From a virus (taxonomy: Duplodnaviria; Caudoviricetes): a stretch of DNA of 64,000 bases. The translations under genes and the position numbers were made by a program. The stretch's first letter is position 1; the number at the start of each line of letters is the position of its first letter. Under the pieces are notes generated by a model that searched no databases, was not told where the DNA came from, and saw only the letters and a program-made list of their open reading frames with translations. The stretch is taken from the IMG/VR virus record IMGVR_UViG_3300017788_000018, positions 842 to 64,841 of that record; one strand, 5' to 3'. Below, in pieces: positions 36,302-45,679 of this stretch.

Positions 36302-37174
36302 TCAGAATTCCAGGAACGAATCGACCTTAGGGAGCCCGTAGTGGGCTTCTCCGGTGATGCAAGTCAGGTTGGTTTTTCCTGCTGTGAAGTGAGCCTTGCC
36401 GTGCGAGTGACCGCAGAATACCTCAAAGCTTACCTGAGGATTGCCATCGGCCAAACGAAGAATGGCGTCGCCCATGAGCTTGCTCGAAAAGAACGGAAGC
36501 CAGTCCCCGTCACTCTGCTTTCCATTGTAGAGGGAATTCTGAGGGAACGGAGGAATGTGGGTTCCGATGACGATCTTGGTGTGACCCGCCACAATAGCGG
36601 CTCGGGCACCATCCTCGACATGCTTTGCCCCTTCCTTGGCAAGCTCCTGGAGCTTCTTGTGCAACTTTCCGTTCAACTCGTGCTTAACCGAGTACACGTT
36701 GAGGCTATGAAGGCTTTTCAACTCTCTGATGATCAGAAAGTCGTTCATCATCAGCCTCGACTTACGGATATCCGAGTAAAGGGCATCGTACCAACCATCA
36801 TGCCCGACCAGGGCTGTGGTGGTATTGAGACTCACGAATGGGAGGTTGTTAAGGTGCCTAAGATTGGGCATGGCAGTCTCAAGATCCTTGAGCTGCTGGC
36901 GAACATCCTGAATCCCGTTGTTGTAGTAGTCGTGATTGCCGAGAATGTACCAAATCGGAAAGTCTGGACCAAGGCCTTTTTGGAGGGCCACAAGATGATC
37001 CCTGATGAATACACCACTCGATATGTCGCCGGTCAGAAGAAGCCCCTGAGCACCCTGCCTCTGAATGCTGTTAACAAATCCAGTCAGGAGCCAGGGCTCG
37101 TTGATCGTGTGATCAAAGTGAGTGTCCGTGGCCCAGGCAAGTAGGAAAGGAGTGGGTGTGGGGTTGGCAGTCAT
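36302..37174 (-). CDS. Icc/CpdA-like metallophosphoesterase
   Basis: TDTH, TGDI, GNHD, THIPP, GHSH. Confidence 0.9.
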   Translation of the reverse strand: MTANPTPTPFLLAWATDTHFDHTINEPWLLTGFVNSIQRQGAQGLLLTGDISSGVFIRDHLVALQKGLGPDFPIWYILGNHDYYNNGIQDVRQQLKDLETAMPNLRHLNNLPFVSLNTTTALVGHDGWYDALYSDIRKSRLMMNDFLIIRELKSLHSLNVYSVKHELNGKLHKKLQELAKEGAKHVEDGARAAIVAGHTKIVIGTHIPPFPQNSLYNGKQSDGDWLPFFSSKLMGDAILRLADGNPQVSFEVFCGHSHGKAHFTAGKTNLTCITGEAHYGLPKVDSFLEF

Positions 37175-37191
37175 GTCTCTAGCCTAACACA

Positions 37192-37575
37192 TTACCAACC
37201 GAATTTAAAGCTTTTCTCTCGATTGAGATTTCTTCGGAGATTTTCATGGAGCATGTAGCGCCACGTCGGTTGGGGAAGGGTGGGAAGCTGGCAAATGAGA
37301 TTGCCCTGAGCCATGCCCTCAAGATAGGCCTTGGCGGCTTGGTTTGCTCTGTCCAACAGAATGTCAGAAACATTCTGGTTTACAACCATGGAGTTGATCA
37401 GAATTCCAAGTTGGACCTGCACGACCACAGCATCCTCAGGATATTCCCATTCCTCTGCATTCAGAGAGACTTCAATGGCTTGTTGACGAAGCGTCGTGAA
37501 GTCCTCGTGAAGTATATGAGTTGGAATAGGAGTCACGGGAGCAAAATAGGTCTCAACGCTAGGAATGGCGATCAC
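37192..37575 (-). CDS. Hypothetical protein
   Basis: Coupled ORF (GTGA overlap). Confidence 0.6.
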   Translation of the reverse strand: MIAIPSVETYFAPVTPIPTHILHEDFTTLRQQAIEVSLNAEEWEYPEDAVVVQVQLGILINSMVVNQNVSDILLDRANQAAKAYLEGMAQGNLICQLPTLPQPTWRYMLHENLRRNLNREKSFKFGW

Positions 37576-37793
37576 TTTTCAGTCTCCTTGAGCTTTTCCT
37601 CAAGTTCAGATACCAGAATCTTGAGACGTGAGGAGTCAAGAAAGGCAGACATTCCCAGATAGAAATACGCAATTTCCATGGAATCAAAAGCCCATCCCGC
37701 ACCCAAGACGATGAGAGCAGTCACGAGGCCAGGGAAATTATACTTGGCGTAGTTCTTGAGAGTTTGCATAACGGTGCTTGAGGTCGTATTCAT
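37572..37793 (-). CDS. Small membrane protein
   Basis: Hydrophobic segments followed by a coiled-coil end. Confidence 0.65.
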   Translation of the reverse strand: MNTTSSTVMQTLKNYAKYNFPGLVTALIVLGAGWAFDSMEIAYFYLGMSAFLDSSRLKILVSELEEKLKETEK

Positions 37794-37813
37794 GGTTTAC
37801 AGGCCCCTCTTGA

Positions 37814-38539
37814 TCAGTACGTTGATGTTCTCATCGGTTGCTTCAACTCATTTTGAAGCTCTGCGAGTTTCTCTTGGGCCTCATTACGTTCCCTCACAAC
37901 CCTTTCCACGGCTGCCAGGGTCGAGTCGTCGGTTTCCACTTCCCCTACAACCAAAGAGATTTTGGCGATGTACTCTCTAAGGGCATCGGATCTTTCTCGA
38001 AAGATTGCGAGATCGGCTTTGGTGGTTTCGAGGGCCTTCTCTGCCTTGGTGGCACGCTCAATCAGCGTACCAACGTTATTCTGGGCCGTTGAGAAGTCTG
38101 TTCCCTCAAAACCAGCCTCATTGAGAGCGGCAACCAGAGGATAGACATGCTCAGACCAGTTAACTCTCTGAGACCCGATAATGCTGTTCCGAATGCCGTT
38201 GATCTTGTTGAGGGCCCTGAGAGCCATGTCGGTTCTCTCAAGTTCTTTCTCTGCCTTCTCGGCTCGGGCACGTTCAATCCCAATTTGGGTTTTGCAAGCC
38301 TCAAGCAATTGATTTGCATCTTCCTGAATGCGGATTTCTTCAGCGGTGGCAGGCTTGGCTGCAATTCCACTGGAATCAGTCTCTCCAGGAAATGGAGGCA
38401 TGGATTCGGTATACTGTCCTTCCATAATGGAATGGAGTACACCCGCCCATTGCTCTGCATTTCGGGGACGGAACATAAGCTGACCGTCTCGCTCGTTCAA
38501 ACGCTCCGCAAGAGCCAGGAGCCATTCATCTTTCGTCAT
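37814..38539 (-). CDS. Coiled-coil phage protein
   Basis: GGAG SD; IRNSIIGSQRVNWSEHVYPLVAAL core flanked by RAEKAE repeats. Confidence 0.7.
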   Translation of the reverse strand: MTKDEWLLALAERLNERDGQLMFRPRNAEQWAGVLHSIMEGQYTESMPPFPGETDSSGIAAKPATAEEIRIQEDANQLLEACKTQIGIERARAEKAEKELERTDMALRALNKINGIRNSIIGSQRVNWSEHVYPLVAALNEAGFEGTDFSTAQNNVGTLIERATKAEKALETTKADLAIFRERSDALREYIAKISLVVGEVETDDSTLAAVERVVRERNEAQEKLAELQNELKQPMRTSTY

Positions 38540-38541
38540 GT

Positions 38542-38820
38542 TTACTCTCCATCCTTGGCGGGGCAGTAAAGGTCGCAGGTGTTGATGATCGTGTTCATGG
38601 CGAACCAAGCCCTGGTATCAATGCAGTCCAAAATCTGCCCAGCATACCATTCCACCTGTTGCTCGGGCGTCATCGACTTGTTGCCTAGATGGCAACCTGC
38701 GACCAGGCCACGCTCGGCAAGGGCATGCCTAAGGGTTTCAGCGACCATCATGGCCTCCGTAATGTGCCCATTGTCAAGATCCTGGATTGCCTTGCGAACG
38801 ATTGTGCGTAGGGAAGTCAT
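38542..38820 (-). CDS. Hypothetical protein
   Basis: GAGGA SD. Confidence 0.65.
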   Translation of the reverse strand: MTSLRTIVRKAIQDLDNGHITEAMMVAETLRHALAERGLVAGCHLGNKSMTPEQQVEWYAGQILDCIDTRAWFAMNTIINTCDLYCPAKDGE

Positions 38821-38833
38821 GTTTCCTCGTTTA

Positions 38834-39106
38834 TCAAATTGTTTCCGACCAAGTGTCCTCTCGGGAGCGAAACTCGGCCTCATCGAGGACTTCCTCGATT
38901 ACATGCCAATCCCCGCCACGCCAAGTCCAGCCATTCGTCTTCCAATGTTCCCTTACGGACTGCTCCCTAGGAGCCACAGCAGCCTCGGCAGAGGCACGGT
39001 CTGCGAACAGATAGGCCTCGGGATGCTTGCCTGTCTCTGTGTTGCCAGAGGCGTCAGCCCAATAGAGAATGGTCTGATCGGCAGGTGCTAGAACGGCGTA
39101 TTTCAT
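38834..39106 (-). CDS. Hypothetical protein
   Basis: Tightly packed in a minus-strand run. Confidence 0.65.
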   Translation of the reverse strand: MKYAVLAPADQTILYWADASGNTETGKHPEAYLFADRASAEAAVAPREQSVREHWKTNGWTWRGGDWHVIEEVLDEAEFRSREDTWSETI

Positions 39107-39123
39107 ATGTTTCTCAACAGTCC

Positions 39124-39564
39124 TTAGATGGACTTGGTTTCCCTGTCTGTTTCGATTTCCGAAACAGTTGACGCGGCAGCCTCTAGAGCAGCATCCAGCT
39201 TTGCCACAAGGTCACGCCATCCACCACCAGAGCTGTTTGGCGCATGATCAGGCTGAATTTCATCGGGGTCCAAGCCCCATCGCACATGCTGTGCGGCCTC
39301 ACGGAGGGCAGCTAGCTTTGCCTCGGCCTCCTCAGCCCGCTCCCTCAACTCGTTCATTTCGAGTTGGGTGGGAGACTGCGTTAGGATATGATCAATCTCT
39401 CGGTTCCACCACTTGTAACGCTGGATCACTCCAACGCCCACAGGCCAGAAGTCACCGCAGGCAGAGGGACCAACATGCTGTCCGCCCTTTGGCTTCTCAA
39501 AGGAACGAATAGAAGCCTCAAACTGGCCCCTGAGGGCCTCAAGTACGTCTCTCTCGGTCTTCAT
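39124..39564 (-). CDS. Hypothetical protein
   Basis: ERAEEAEAKL coiled coil. Confidence 0.65.
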   Translation of the reverse strand: MKTERDVLEALRGQFEASIRSFEKPKGGQHVGPSACGDFWPVGVGVIQRYKWWNREIDHILTQSPTQLEMNELRERAEEAEAKLAALREAAQHVRWGLDPDEIQPDHAPNSSGGGWRDLVAKLDAALEAAASTVSEIETDRETKSI

Positions 39565-39567
39565 GGC

Positions 39568-39651
39568 TTAGGACCTTCTCCAAAAAATCCACCAAATCGC
39601 AATTACGGCCAATGCCGAAATAGCGTTATTTACAACATCAGGCCAAGTCAT
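39568..39651 (-). CDS. 27-aa single-TM peptide
   Basis: GGAGGT SD; MTWPDVVNNAISALAVIAIWWIFWRRS. Confidence 0.55.
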   Translation of the reverse strand: MTWPDVVNNAISALAVIAIWWIFWRRS

Positions 39652-39652
39652 A

Positions 39653-40072
39653 TCACTTACCTCCACTAGTGGGCCAGAAATAGGTCTGACCCGGACTTTC
39701 ATTCCAATTCCATCGTGAATACCAATCAGGGAGCTTTTCAAGCAAGCGTGAGCGGTGAGAGGAATGAACCCTCTCGTCCCCAATCCAATGGGGTCTGGTT
39801 CCGTCGTGATTTGTCAATGCCTGAAACTTAGGCAAAAGGGTATCCTTGTATCCCCTGGAGCGCCATTCCTCACAAATGGCAGTTCCGTACTCAGCCAGGG
39901 CAGGAACATGACCTTGCCACATTTTTGTGGCAGGGTGGTTCTTCCATCCATAACCGGGCACCGTGAGAGCCTGGATAATCTGCCAGGTCTCTACTCGCTG
40001 CTTGCCAAGCCGCATTCTATCAAGCCACTTTGCACTTTGGGCAAAGTCAGGAGAAGGCAAAAAAGTCTGCAT
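39653..40072 (-). CDS. Pyrimidine-dimer DNA glycosylase-like (MSMEG_6728-type) protein
   Basis: MQTFLP, RLGKQRVE, HPATKMW, HSSHRSRLLEK, YFWP. Confidence 0.85.
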   Translation of the reverse strand: MQTFLPSPDFAQSAKWLDRMRLGKQRVETWQIIQALTVPGYGWKNHPATKMWQGHVPALAEYGTAICEEWRSRGYKDTLLPKFQALTNHDGTRPHWIGDERVHSSHRSRLLEKLPDWYSRWNWNESPGQTYFWPTSGGK

Positions 40073-40080
40073 GGTTACCT

Positions 40081-40437
40081 CTAGTCGTCCAGGGACGGGT
40101 CATAGTGCCAAGGGGTTAGAAACTCTTTGTCAATGCAGAAAAACTTGAGATCCAGGAGAATGATTGCCTTGCGACCAATCATTTTTATCACAAGCCCGAC
40201 CTCATCACGTTGCAACACTCGGAAATAGAGCTTTGTGAAACTGGTGTCGAGCGGTAGTTTGTCAATACCTTGCAATTCCTCTTTGGTGATTTCGAAAATG
40301 AAGGGACCGAGCGCCTCAGGGAGATAAGGTTTCCATCGTGGCCTTACCAGCATACCGATTTCGATTATCGGATGGTGTCTCTCAAGAAACGAGGCAGTTT
40401 CGATTTCGTCCATGTGCACCCACCCAAGGGGATGCAC
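40081..40437 (-). CDS. Hypothetical small beta protein
   Basis: IEIGMLV...VGLVI. Confidence 0.6.
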   Translation of the reverse strand: MHPLGWVHMDEIETASFLERHHPIIEIGMLVRPRWKPYLPEALGPFIFEITKEELQGIDKLPLDTSFTKLYFRVLQRDEVGLVIKMIGRKAIILLDLKFFCIDKEFLTPWHYDPSLDD

Positions 40438-40455
40438 ATAAATATCCTGCTCTGG

Positions 40456-40782
40456 TCAGTCCCTAGACGGGAAGAGGCTCGGGTTGTCGAAGTCTAGATA
40501 GAGAATGTTCTCGGCTTCCCAATCCTTCTGGATATCCAACTGGAGCTTAGGAGTGGGGCTCACTCCATCAATCTTGACAACCAAGGGAAACGTCCACTCG
40601 GGAACCATAGGTTCCTGCTGGTGCTTCTGTCCGAGCACCCGACCCAAAATCTGCTTTGTCTTTTCGTATCCTGCCGGGGTACGAGGGTCGATGTGATTGA
40701 TCATCAGATCCATTACGACCTGCTCTGTCAACCAATTGAGCATCGAGTTAATCCTACGCCGGTAGGTTCGAATCTTGTTCAA
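40456..40782 (-). CDS. Hypothetical protein
   Basis: Coupled ORF. Confidence 0.6.
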   Translation of the reverse strand: MNKIRTYRRRINSMLNWLTEQVVMDLMINHIDPRTPAGYEKTKQILGRVLGQKHQQEPMVPEWTFPLVVKIDGVSPTPKLQLDIQKDWEAENILYLDFDNPSLFPSRD

Positions 40783-41240
40783 GTTGCCTCGCCTTCTGAG
40801 TTTTCCTCAGGATTCGGGGGCGTGAGGGCACCAGGAATGGGCACGACACCAGGCATAGCCAGCACCTTCACGAAGGTACCGCCGAAAAGGTTGTCACCAG
40901 CCTGGTGAATCTTCTGGTAGTTGTAGTGAACCACGATTCCATCATAGAGGAAACGCAGATAGACCCAGCTACTCCAGTGATCGTAGGCCGGACCAAGATA
41001 GGTCACCATGCTCTGACCCTCAATGGTGATGTACTCGGTCTCGGCGGTCTCCTTGGTGGAGGGAACCGGGTCACGCTCGATCATCGTCTGTGCGTCCACG
41101 GTATGAACGACCTTGACGATATCGCCCACGTTGAGGCTGTGCTTAGCGGCCATCTCAAACTTCACGTCCAGAAGGCGACGATTGATAATCGCCTTAGGGG
41201 CCGGGCCTGCCCGTCTCTCTCTACGTTCCTCTAGAGCCAT
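40779..41240 (-). CDS. Hypothetical SH3-like early protein
   Basis: LNVGDIV...TYLG...RFLYDG; GAGGA SD after promoter. Confidence 0.7.
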   Translation of the reverse strand: MALEERRERRAGPAPKAIINRRLLDVKFEMAAKHSLNVGDIVKVVHTVDAQTMIERDPVPSTKETAETEYITIEGQSMVTYLGPAYDHWSSWVYLRFLYDGIVVHYNYQKIHQAGDNLFGGTFVKVLAMPGVVPIPGALTPPNPEENSEGEAT

Positions 41241-41280
41241 ACGATTTCCTCACAAAGGGGTTGTGCGTTGTGTCTATTCC

Positions 41281-41318
41281 ATTATAGACCGTTTTCGTTC
41301 TGGTTTAAACCATTTATT
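41281..41318 (-). promoter_or_regulatory. sigma70-type early promoter
   Basis: AATAAATGG-TTTAAA-N17-TATAAT. Confidence 0.8.
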
Positions 41319-41743
41319 CTGGGCTCAATTTTTACTAGATAGGCCTCAGGCGTCAACAGAGCGAAGGTATGATAGACTTTTCCATCGAACAAAATTCTGA
41401 TCTCAAGAGCTCCACTGATCTTTTCTACGGAGGAAAGGAATACCACGACGAACCCTCCATGGAGGGTTCGTGAGGCGGATCTTGGGCGGTATCTAGGGCT
41501 GGAGGGGTAGTAGATGGCATACAGGCCTTCATGAATTGGTCGAAATTCCTGCAAGTCATTGGAAGCTAGTTCTGACACGGGAGCCCAAAGCAAGGGTTCC
41601 TTAACGGCTGCCATGTCACCTGCCTGCAACTTTACATATGGCCTCTGAACCCAGAGCGGCCTTGCGGTCTCTGGGTTGGAGTCGTCATATGGCAGAAGAT
41701 CATCAAACGATGTTTTTTTCTTCGTCATCGGGAATTTCTTCAT
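41282..41743 (-). CDS. Hypothetical SH3-like protein
   Basis: LQAGDMA...VFLS...RILFDGKV. Confidence 0.6.
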   Translation of the reverse strand: MKKFPMTKKKTSFDDLLPYDDSNPETARPLWVQRPYVKLQAGDMAAVKEPLLWAPVSELASNDLQEFRPIHEGLYAIYYPSSPRYRPRSASRTLHGGFVVVFLSSVEKISGALEIRILFDGKVYHTFALLTPEAYLVKIEPRINGLNQNENGL

Positions 41744-42095
41744 CTATCGGGGTCGCAGGGGATGCCTTCGAGGCCTTCGAGGCCTTCTTCCTAGGACCCA
41801 CGGGTGCATGCTCCTCTAAAAGCTGGTCGATCGTATCCTTTACCTCTTGATCGGGCTCCATGTCACAAAAGACCTCGAAGGCACGGGCAAAATCCGTATC
41901 ATACGAAATCTGATCCTTTTGAAGTCCGGTCAGGAAATCCAGGGCATTGCTCTTGGTTACACTCTTGCTGCGAAGAAAGTCCTCGGTGGTCTGCCTGCGC
42001 CGCCTGAGAATGTCCGTGATGTTCGGAAAACCAGGCTTCACAAGGCTTTCAAGGGCAGCGATCAGTCTTTCGCGAAAGGAAGGGCTCTTACTCAT
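41703..42095 (-). CDS. Hypothetical protein
   Basis: ATGA-coupled to the HTH gene. Confidence 0.65.
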   Translation of the reverse strand: MSKSPSFRERLIAALESLVKPGFPNITDILRRRRQTTEDFLRSKSVTKSNALDFLTGLQKDQISYDTDFARAFEVFCDMEPDQEVKDTIDQLLEEHAPVGPRKKASKASKASPATPIDEEIPDDEEKNIV

Positions 42096-42409
42096 TTTCT
42101 CTTACCTGCCTGGTCTTCCTCATGGACAACATGCAGAATGTCAGCCAGGGCATTGTGGACCGTTTGATTCTGAAGAAGCTTGGATAGCTGCGCCTTGGAG
42201 AGCTTTGCCCCGGCCTGCTTGGCCACATCATCCAGGAGCTTCGTGAGGGCAATCATAAGCTGATTGCGTGCGGTGGCATGATTCATCTGGTAGCCAGCCT
42301 GAGTCATAACCTCAGCAATCTTACGGAAGTCAACACCACTCTCGAGGGTGATGTACTTCCTGGATGAGGTGGTCTCCGTGGATGCAGTTGTTTTCTTTGG
42401 GGTTTTCAC
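42092..42409 (-). CDS. Stand-alone sigma region-4.2-like HTH protein
   Basis: GVDFRKIAEVMTQAGYQMNHATARNQLMIALTKL. Confidence 0.55.
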   Translation of the reverse strand: MKTPKKTTASTETTSSRKYITLESGVDFRKIAEVMTQAGYQMNHATARNQLMIALTKLLDDVAKQAGAKLSKAQLSKLLQNQTVHNALADILHVVHEEDQAGKRK

Positions 42410-42879
42410 TTCTGTTTCTCCTTCTTGGGCTCTCCATCCTCAGAGAGGTCGGACTCAATAGAGCCGCTCAGAGAGGATCCCGATGGGATAAAGCCCTTAA
42501 GCAATTGGGTGACGAATTGTAGCTTGGCTTCCTTGGACTCCATCTCGGTGTCCAACCCGGCCCTCTTTTTCTCTGCCTCTCGTGCCTTGACCTTAGAGGA
42601 AATGTAGGCTGTGAGAAGGTCGGAATACATGGCAGGGGCACGGCTGGTTGCAACGTATTTTGTGAGAGAGGCACAGTCATTTCTGCTGGCCACGTCCCTT
42701 GAGAACAAATCTGGAAAGGCTCCACCCTCTCGGTCGAAATAGTTTCGATAACTACCAGACTCTCCCTTTGTAACCGTCTCCAGGGGTTCAATGATGGACT
42801 TCTTCGGAGGCACCGAGGAAGAAGTGGATTCTTCAGAAACGGAAGGAGAGTCGTTATCTAGGGAAATGTCTTTTGTCAT
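42406..42879 (-). CDS. Hypothetical protein
   Basis: Ser-rich termini with a central helix. Confidence 0.65.
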   Translation of the reverse strand: MTKDISLDNDSPSVSEESTSSSVPPKKSIIEPLETVTKGESGSYRNYFDREGGAFPDLFSRDVASRNDCASLTKYVATSRAPAMYSDLLTAYISSKVKAREAEKKRAGLDTEMESKEAKLQFVTQLLKGFIPSGSSLSGSIESDLSEDGEPKKEKQK

Positions 42880-42912
42880 AGAGAGATTCTTTCACACCAA
42901 GGGAAATGGGTC

Positions 42913-43755
42913 TCAAACGGATTGGATGATGTCGAAACGGAGGAGCAATACAAGTCTTTCTCTTTCCGAAAGCTTGTCCAAGGCATTTTTCACTAGGTCG
43001 CTTACGGCGGCCCCAGAAAAGAGCATTTCTGTGTTGAGTTCTCGCTCATCTGGAATGGTCTCGGCCAGGGTAGGCTCTCCGTGCTTGGATGGTTCATCAA
43101 AGGAAACGATATTCTTTGTCTGGCCAGCCCTGGTAATGGACTGCATCATCTTCTCGGAAAACTCCGAGGACTTATAGTCTGCTAGTACGCCGCCCAGCGT
43201 TCTGTTCTCAGCGGTGAGCTTTTTGGCTAGCTTGCCCTTTGCAATCCTGACATGGCTGGGTACATGAATCATGGGCTCGACATTGAGCAGGAAGCTGTTA
43301 ACGGACTGTCGAATCCACCAAGTGGCATAGGTTGAGAAACGAAAGCCAAGCTCAGGCTTGAAACCCTCGATAGCTGACATTAGACCAATGAGACCTTCCT
43401 GCATGAGGTCTTCCTTGAGGAAAAGGAAGGAACGATCATTGGCATAGAATTTTGTGACAATGTAGGAGACGAGAGGGGTGTTCCTTTTGATCAACTCATT
43501 GCGAGTCTTCACAAGCCGATTGGCCGAGTATTCGAAGAACAGTGGATCAATTTTCTGCTTGGTTGCAGGACCGGCCTGGGTGGCCTCTGCATTGAATTCG
43601 GCCACAATCTCACTGATTTCGACTCTCTCCTCTGAGGAGAGACCATTTAGATTGTCAGCAGGTGGTGACTTAAGAGGACCGGCACGTTCGATATGGGGCG
43701 TAGGAACATGAACAGACGAACTAGAAACTTTCTGGGTGGTTAGGTGGGCTTTCAT
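42913..43755 (-). CDS. sigma-70 family factor lacking region 4.2
   Basis: RNELIKRNTPLV, DLMQEGLIGL, GFRFSTYATWWIRQ, IHVP, VSFD, LSERERLVLLLRF then stop. Confidence 0.9.
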   Translation of the reverse strand: MKAHLTTQKVSSSSVHVPTPHIERAGPLKSPPADNLNGLSSEERVEISEIVAEFNAEATQAGPATKQKIDPLFFEYSANRLVKTRNELIKRNTPLVSYIVTKFYANDRSFLFLKEDLMQEGLIGLMSAIEGFKPELGFRFSTYATWWIRQSVNSFLLNVEPMIHVPSHVRIAKGKLAKKLTAENRTLGGVLADYKSSEFSEKMMQSITRAGQTKNIVSFDEPSKHGEPTLAETIPDERELNTEMLFSGAAVSDLVKNALDKLSERERLVLLLRFDIIQSV

Positions 43756-44308
43756 TTGTGAATTCCTTGGGAAGCGGCAGCTTTACCGGCGTAATCGCAA
43801 TGTGATTGGTCGAGGGGGTAACGACCAGACTCGACGTGGGTCGATCGGGCTCGGCAGGGGCCTGTGCCTTTTTACTGGTGCGGCGTGAGGCCCATGCTAT
43901 GTATGTCATAGCATACTTTGACTTCACTTTCTCGTAGTTTCGACGGTTGACTTTGAGATTAAGCCTAAAACACAATCGAAGACCTGTCCGCCAAGCCTCA
44001 AGTTCTTCCTCAATGCGTGCAATGCTTACTGGTTGGGTACCTCCTGTAAACTCATCAAACACGGCTTCGTATTTTGAAGAGTAAGCTCGGTTGTTCTGAA
44101 ACATGAGCATATGACCTAGCTCATGCAGGAAGACATAAAAAAGCTCCTCTTTGTTGGTCCTCTCCTTGAGGCGCACGCTCTTACGAGCCCAATCAGCCCA
44201 ATCATTCTTTGCTTTTGCACGGTAAATGACAGACCATTTTTTGGAAGCAGCGTATTCCTCAAGCAATTCCAGTTGTTTTTTCCAGTTGATTTTCCGATTT
44301 CGAGCCAT
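43721..44308 (-). CDS. HExxH zinc metallopeptidase (ImmA/IrrE-like)
   Basis: FLHELGH and downstream EEELEAW. Confidence 0.7.
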   Translation of the reverse strand: MARNRKINWKKQLELLEEYAASKKWSVIYRAKAKNDWADWARKSVRLKERTNKEELFYVFLHELGHMLMFQNNRAYSSKYEAVFDEFTGGTQPVSIARIEEELEAWRTGLRLCFRLNLKVNRRNYEKVKSKYAMTYIAWASRRTSKKAQAPAEPDRPTSSLVVTPSTNHIAITPVKLPLPKEFTNESPPNHPESF

Positions 44309-44394
44309 ACAACACCGAACCTGCTATAGGTAAGTGTATCACAGCAGACAAAATCGCCTATTGTATTTTTCTCAACCACACCATTTTGCGAGCC

Positions 44395-45336
44395 CTAGGT
44401 TTTTCGCCTCAAAAGAAGCCTGAGACTATCGGGCTCATACACGCAAGAAAGCCGATTTCCGTAAGAAAATGGGAAACTTAGAGAGTCTCCATCGGGGCTT
44501 ACCAGACCTTCTCTCATGTAGGAGCTAATCCAGATCGGGGCATAGCTATTCGCAAATCCCTCAACAAGGTCGGTGGAGCGAAACTGCGTGGCGACGCCGG
44601 GATGAGTGAATCTCTCTCTGACCCGCCACTGCATACGATTGTCCAAGTCGGGTTGGACATAGCCTCCTGCCGAGCGCATCGCCGCATGAGAGCCCAGAGG
44701 GGTACAGAGCCAAATGCCGCTGCTGATGTGAGCGGTGCCCTTTCCATCGTGGCCGATCCAATACTTGGAAACAGCGGCAGGGTGAGCAGCCGATACCAGA
44801 ATGTCGTTGACAGCCACGCCTTCCTTGAAAAGCTCTGTGTCCCTGTAGACGTAGTAACGGATGACGCCCAGGCTCTCGAAGGCGAAGGAGCTTAGATTTC
44901 CACTTAGAAGGCCCTGCTTGCAGTAGTGTTCAAATTCCGTCACGCTTCCGCAGGAATAGAAACCCACCGAGGTCAGTGGCGAGGAGTTGATTGAAATGAT
45001 GGGCTGACCAAACCTGAGGTGTCGGGCTCCCCACAAATAGGTGCCGTCACCACCGAAGGCGATAACGAGGTCGGCCATCTGGTACTCAACAAGTAGTTCG
45101 GGCTCTGAGAGATTTTCTCTACAGAAGTAATCCACCGTGATGAATGGCTCGCGAGCCTCAAGAATGGCCCGGAGACGACCTAGGTCTCGGGTGTGCTCAT
45201 TATGAGCCAGCAGCATCGTGGCGGTCTCAGGCACCTGAGCATGAATCTTATCCTGCACAAGAGAATTCTCGTGCAGAATTGCCATCTCGTACTGAGAGCG
45301 TTTCGCAAGCAACGCCACACGCATCTTTGTTTGCAT
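44395..45336 (-). CDS. nadK: NAD kinase
   Basis: FGGDGT, VNDI, SSGIWLCTPLGS, RSAGG, DG. Confidence 0.88.
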   Translation of the reverse strand: MQTKMRVALLAKRSQYEMAILHENSLVQDKIHAQVPETATMLLAHNEHTRDLGRLRAILEAREPFITVDYFCRENLSEPELLVEYQMADLVIAFGGDGTYLWGARHLRFGQPIISINSSPLTSVGFYSCGSVTEFEHYCKQGLLSGNLSSFAFESLGVIRYYVYRDTELFKEGVAVNDILVSAAHPAAVSKYWIGHDGKGTAHISSGIWLCTPLGSHAAMRSAGGYVQPDLDNRMQWRVRERFTHPGVATQFRSTDLVEGFANSYAPIWISSYMREGLVSPDGDSLSFPFSYGNRLSCVYEPDSLRLLLRRKT

Positions 45337-45429
45337 AACCGGTATCCGATATCCAGGAGTTGAACCTGGCACGCTAAGCTTATAAGGCTCGGCAGCCCAA
45401 CCGGGGTCTCATATCGGGCTTTCTTTCTA

Positions 45430-45462
45430 ACTATAGCACACCCTACTTGAGAGGATAAACGG
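45430..45462 (-). promoter_or_regulatory. Possible early promoter
   Basis: TTTATC-N18-TATAGT with extended TG. Confidence 0.55.
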
Positions 45463-45468
45463 TTATCA

Positions 45469-45678
45469 TCAAGGAATAGAAATGCACCGATAGTCCTCAT
45501 CCTCGAAGGCACAAGCCTCAAAGGTTGAGAACGAACCCCAAATATCGCTTACCTGAAGCGTCCAGGCAAGATCCCAGGCTGAGTCGGATATCGGAGCGAC
45601 CGGTTGGTACCCGCAAGAAACCTGATTGCAGGCACCCAATAGGAATACCGGCAAAAGAATCCAGGTCTTACGGGACAT
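45469..45678 (-). CDS. Small lipoprotein
   Basis: MSRKTWILLPVFLLGAC lipobox. Confidence 0.6.
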   Translation of the reverse strand: MSRKTWILLPVFLLGACNQVSCGYQPVAPISDSAWDLAWTLQVSDIWGSFSTFEACAFEDEDYRCISIP

Positions 45679-45679
45679 G

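Noticed and set aside
40761-40780. GGTAGGTTCGAATCTT resembling a tRNA T-loop
   Set aside because: No proper T-stem, acceptor stem or D arm; it lies antisense within a coding ORF.
42406-42912. Idea that the ORF between the sigma and the HTH is a self-splicing insertion
   Set aside because: No group I/II or intein signatures, and the HTH ORF has its own coupled start and N-terminal extension.
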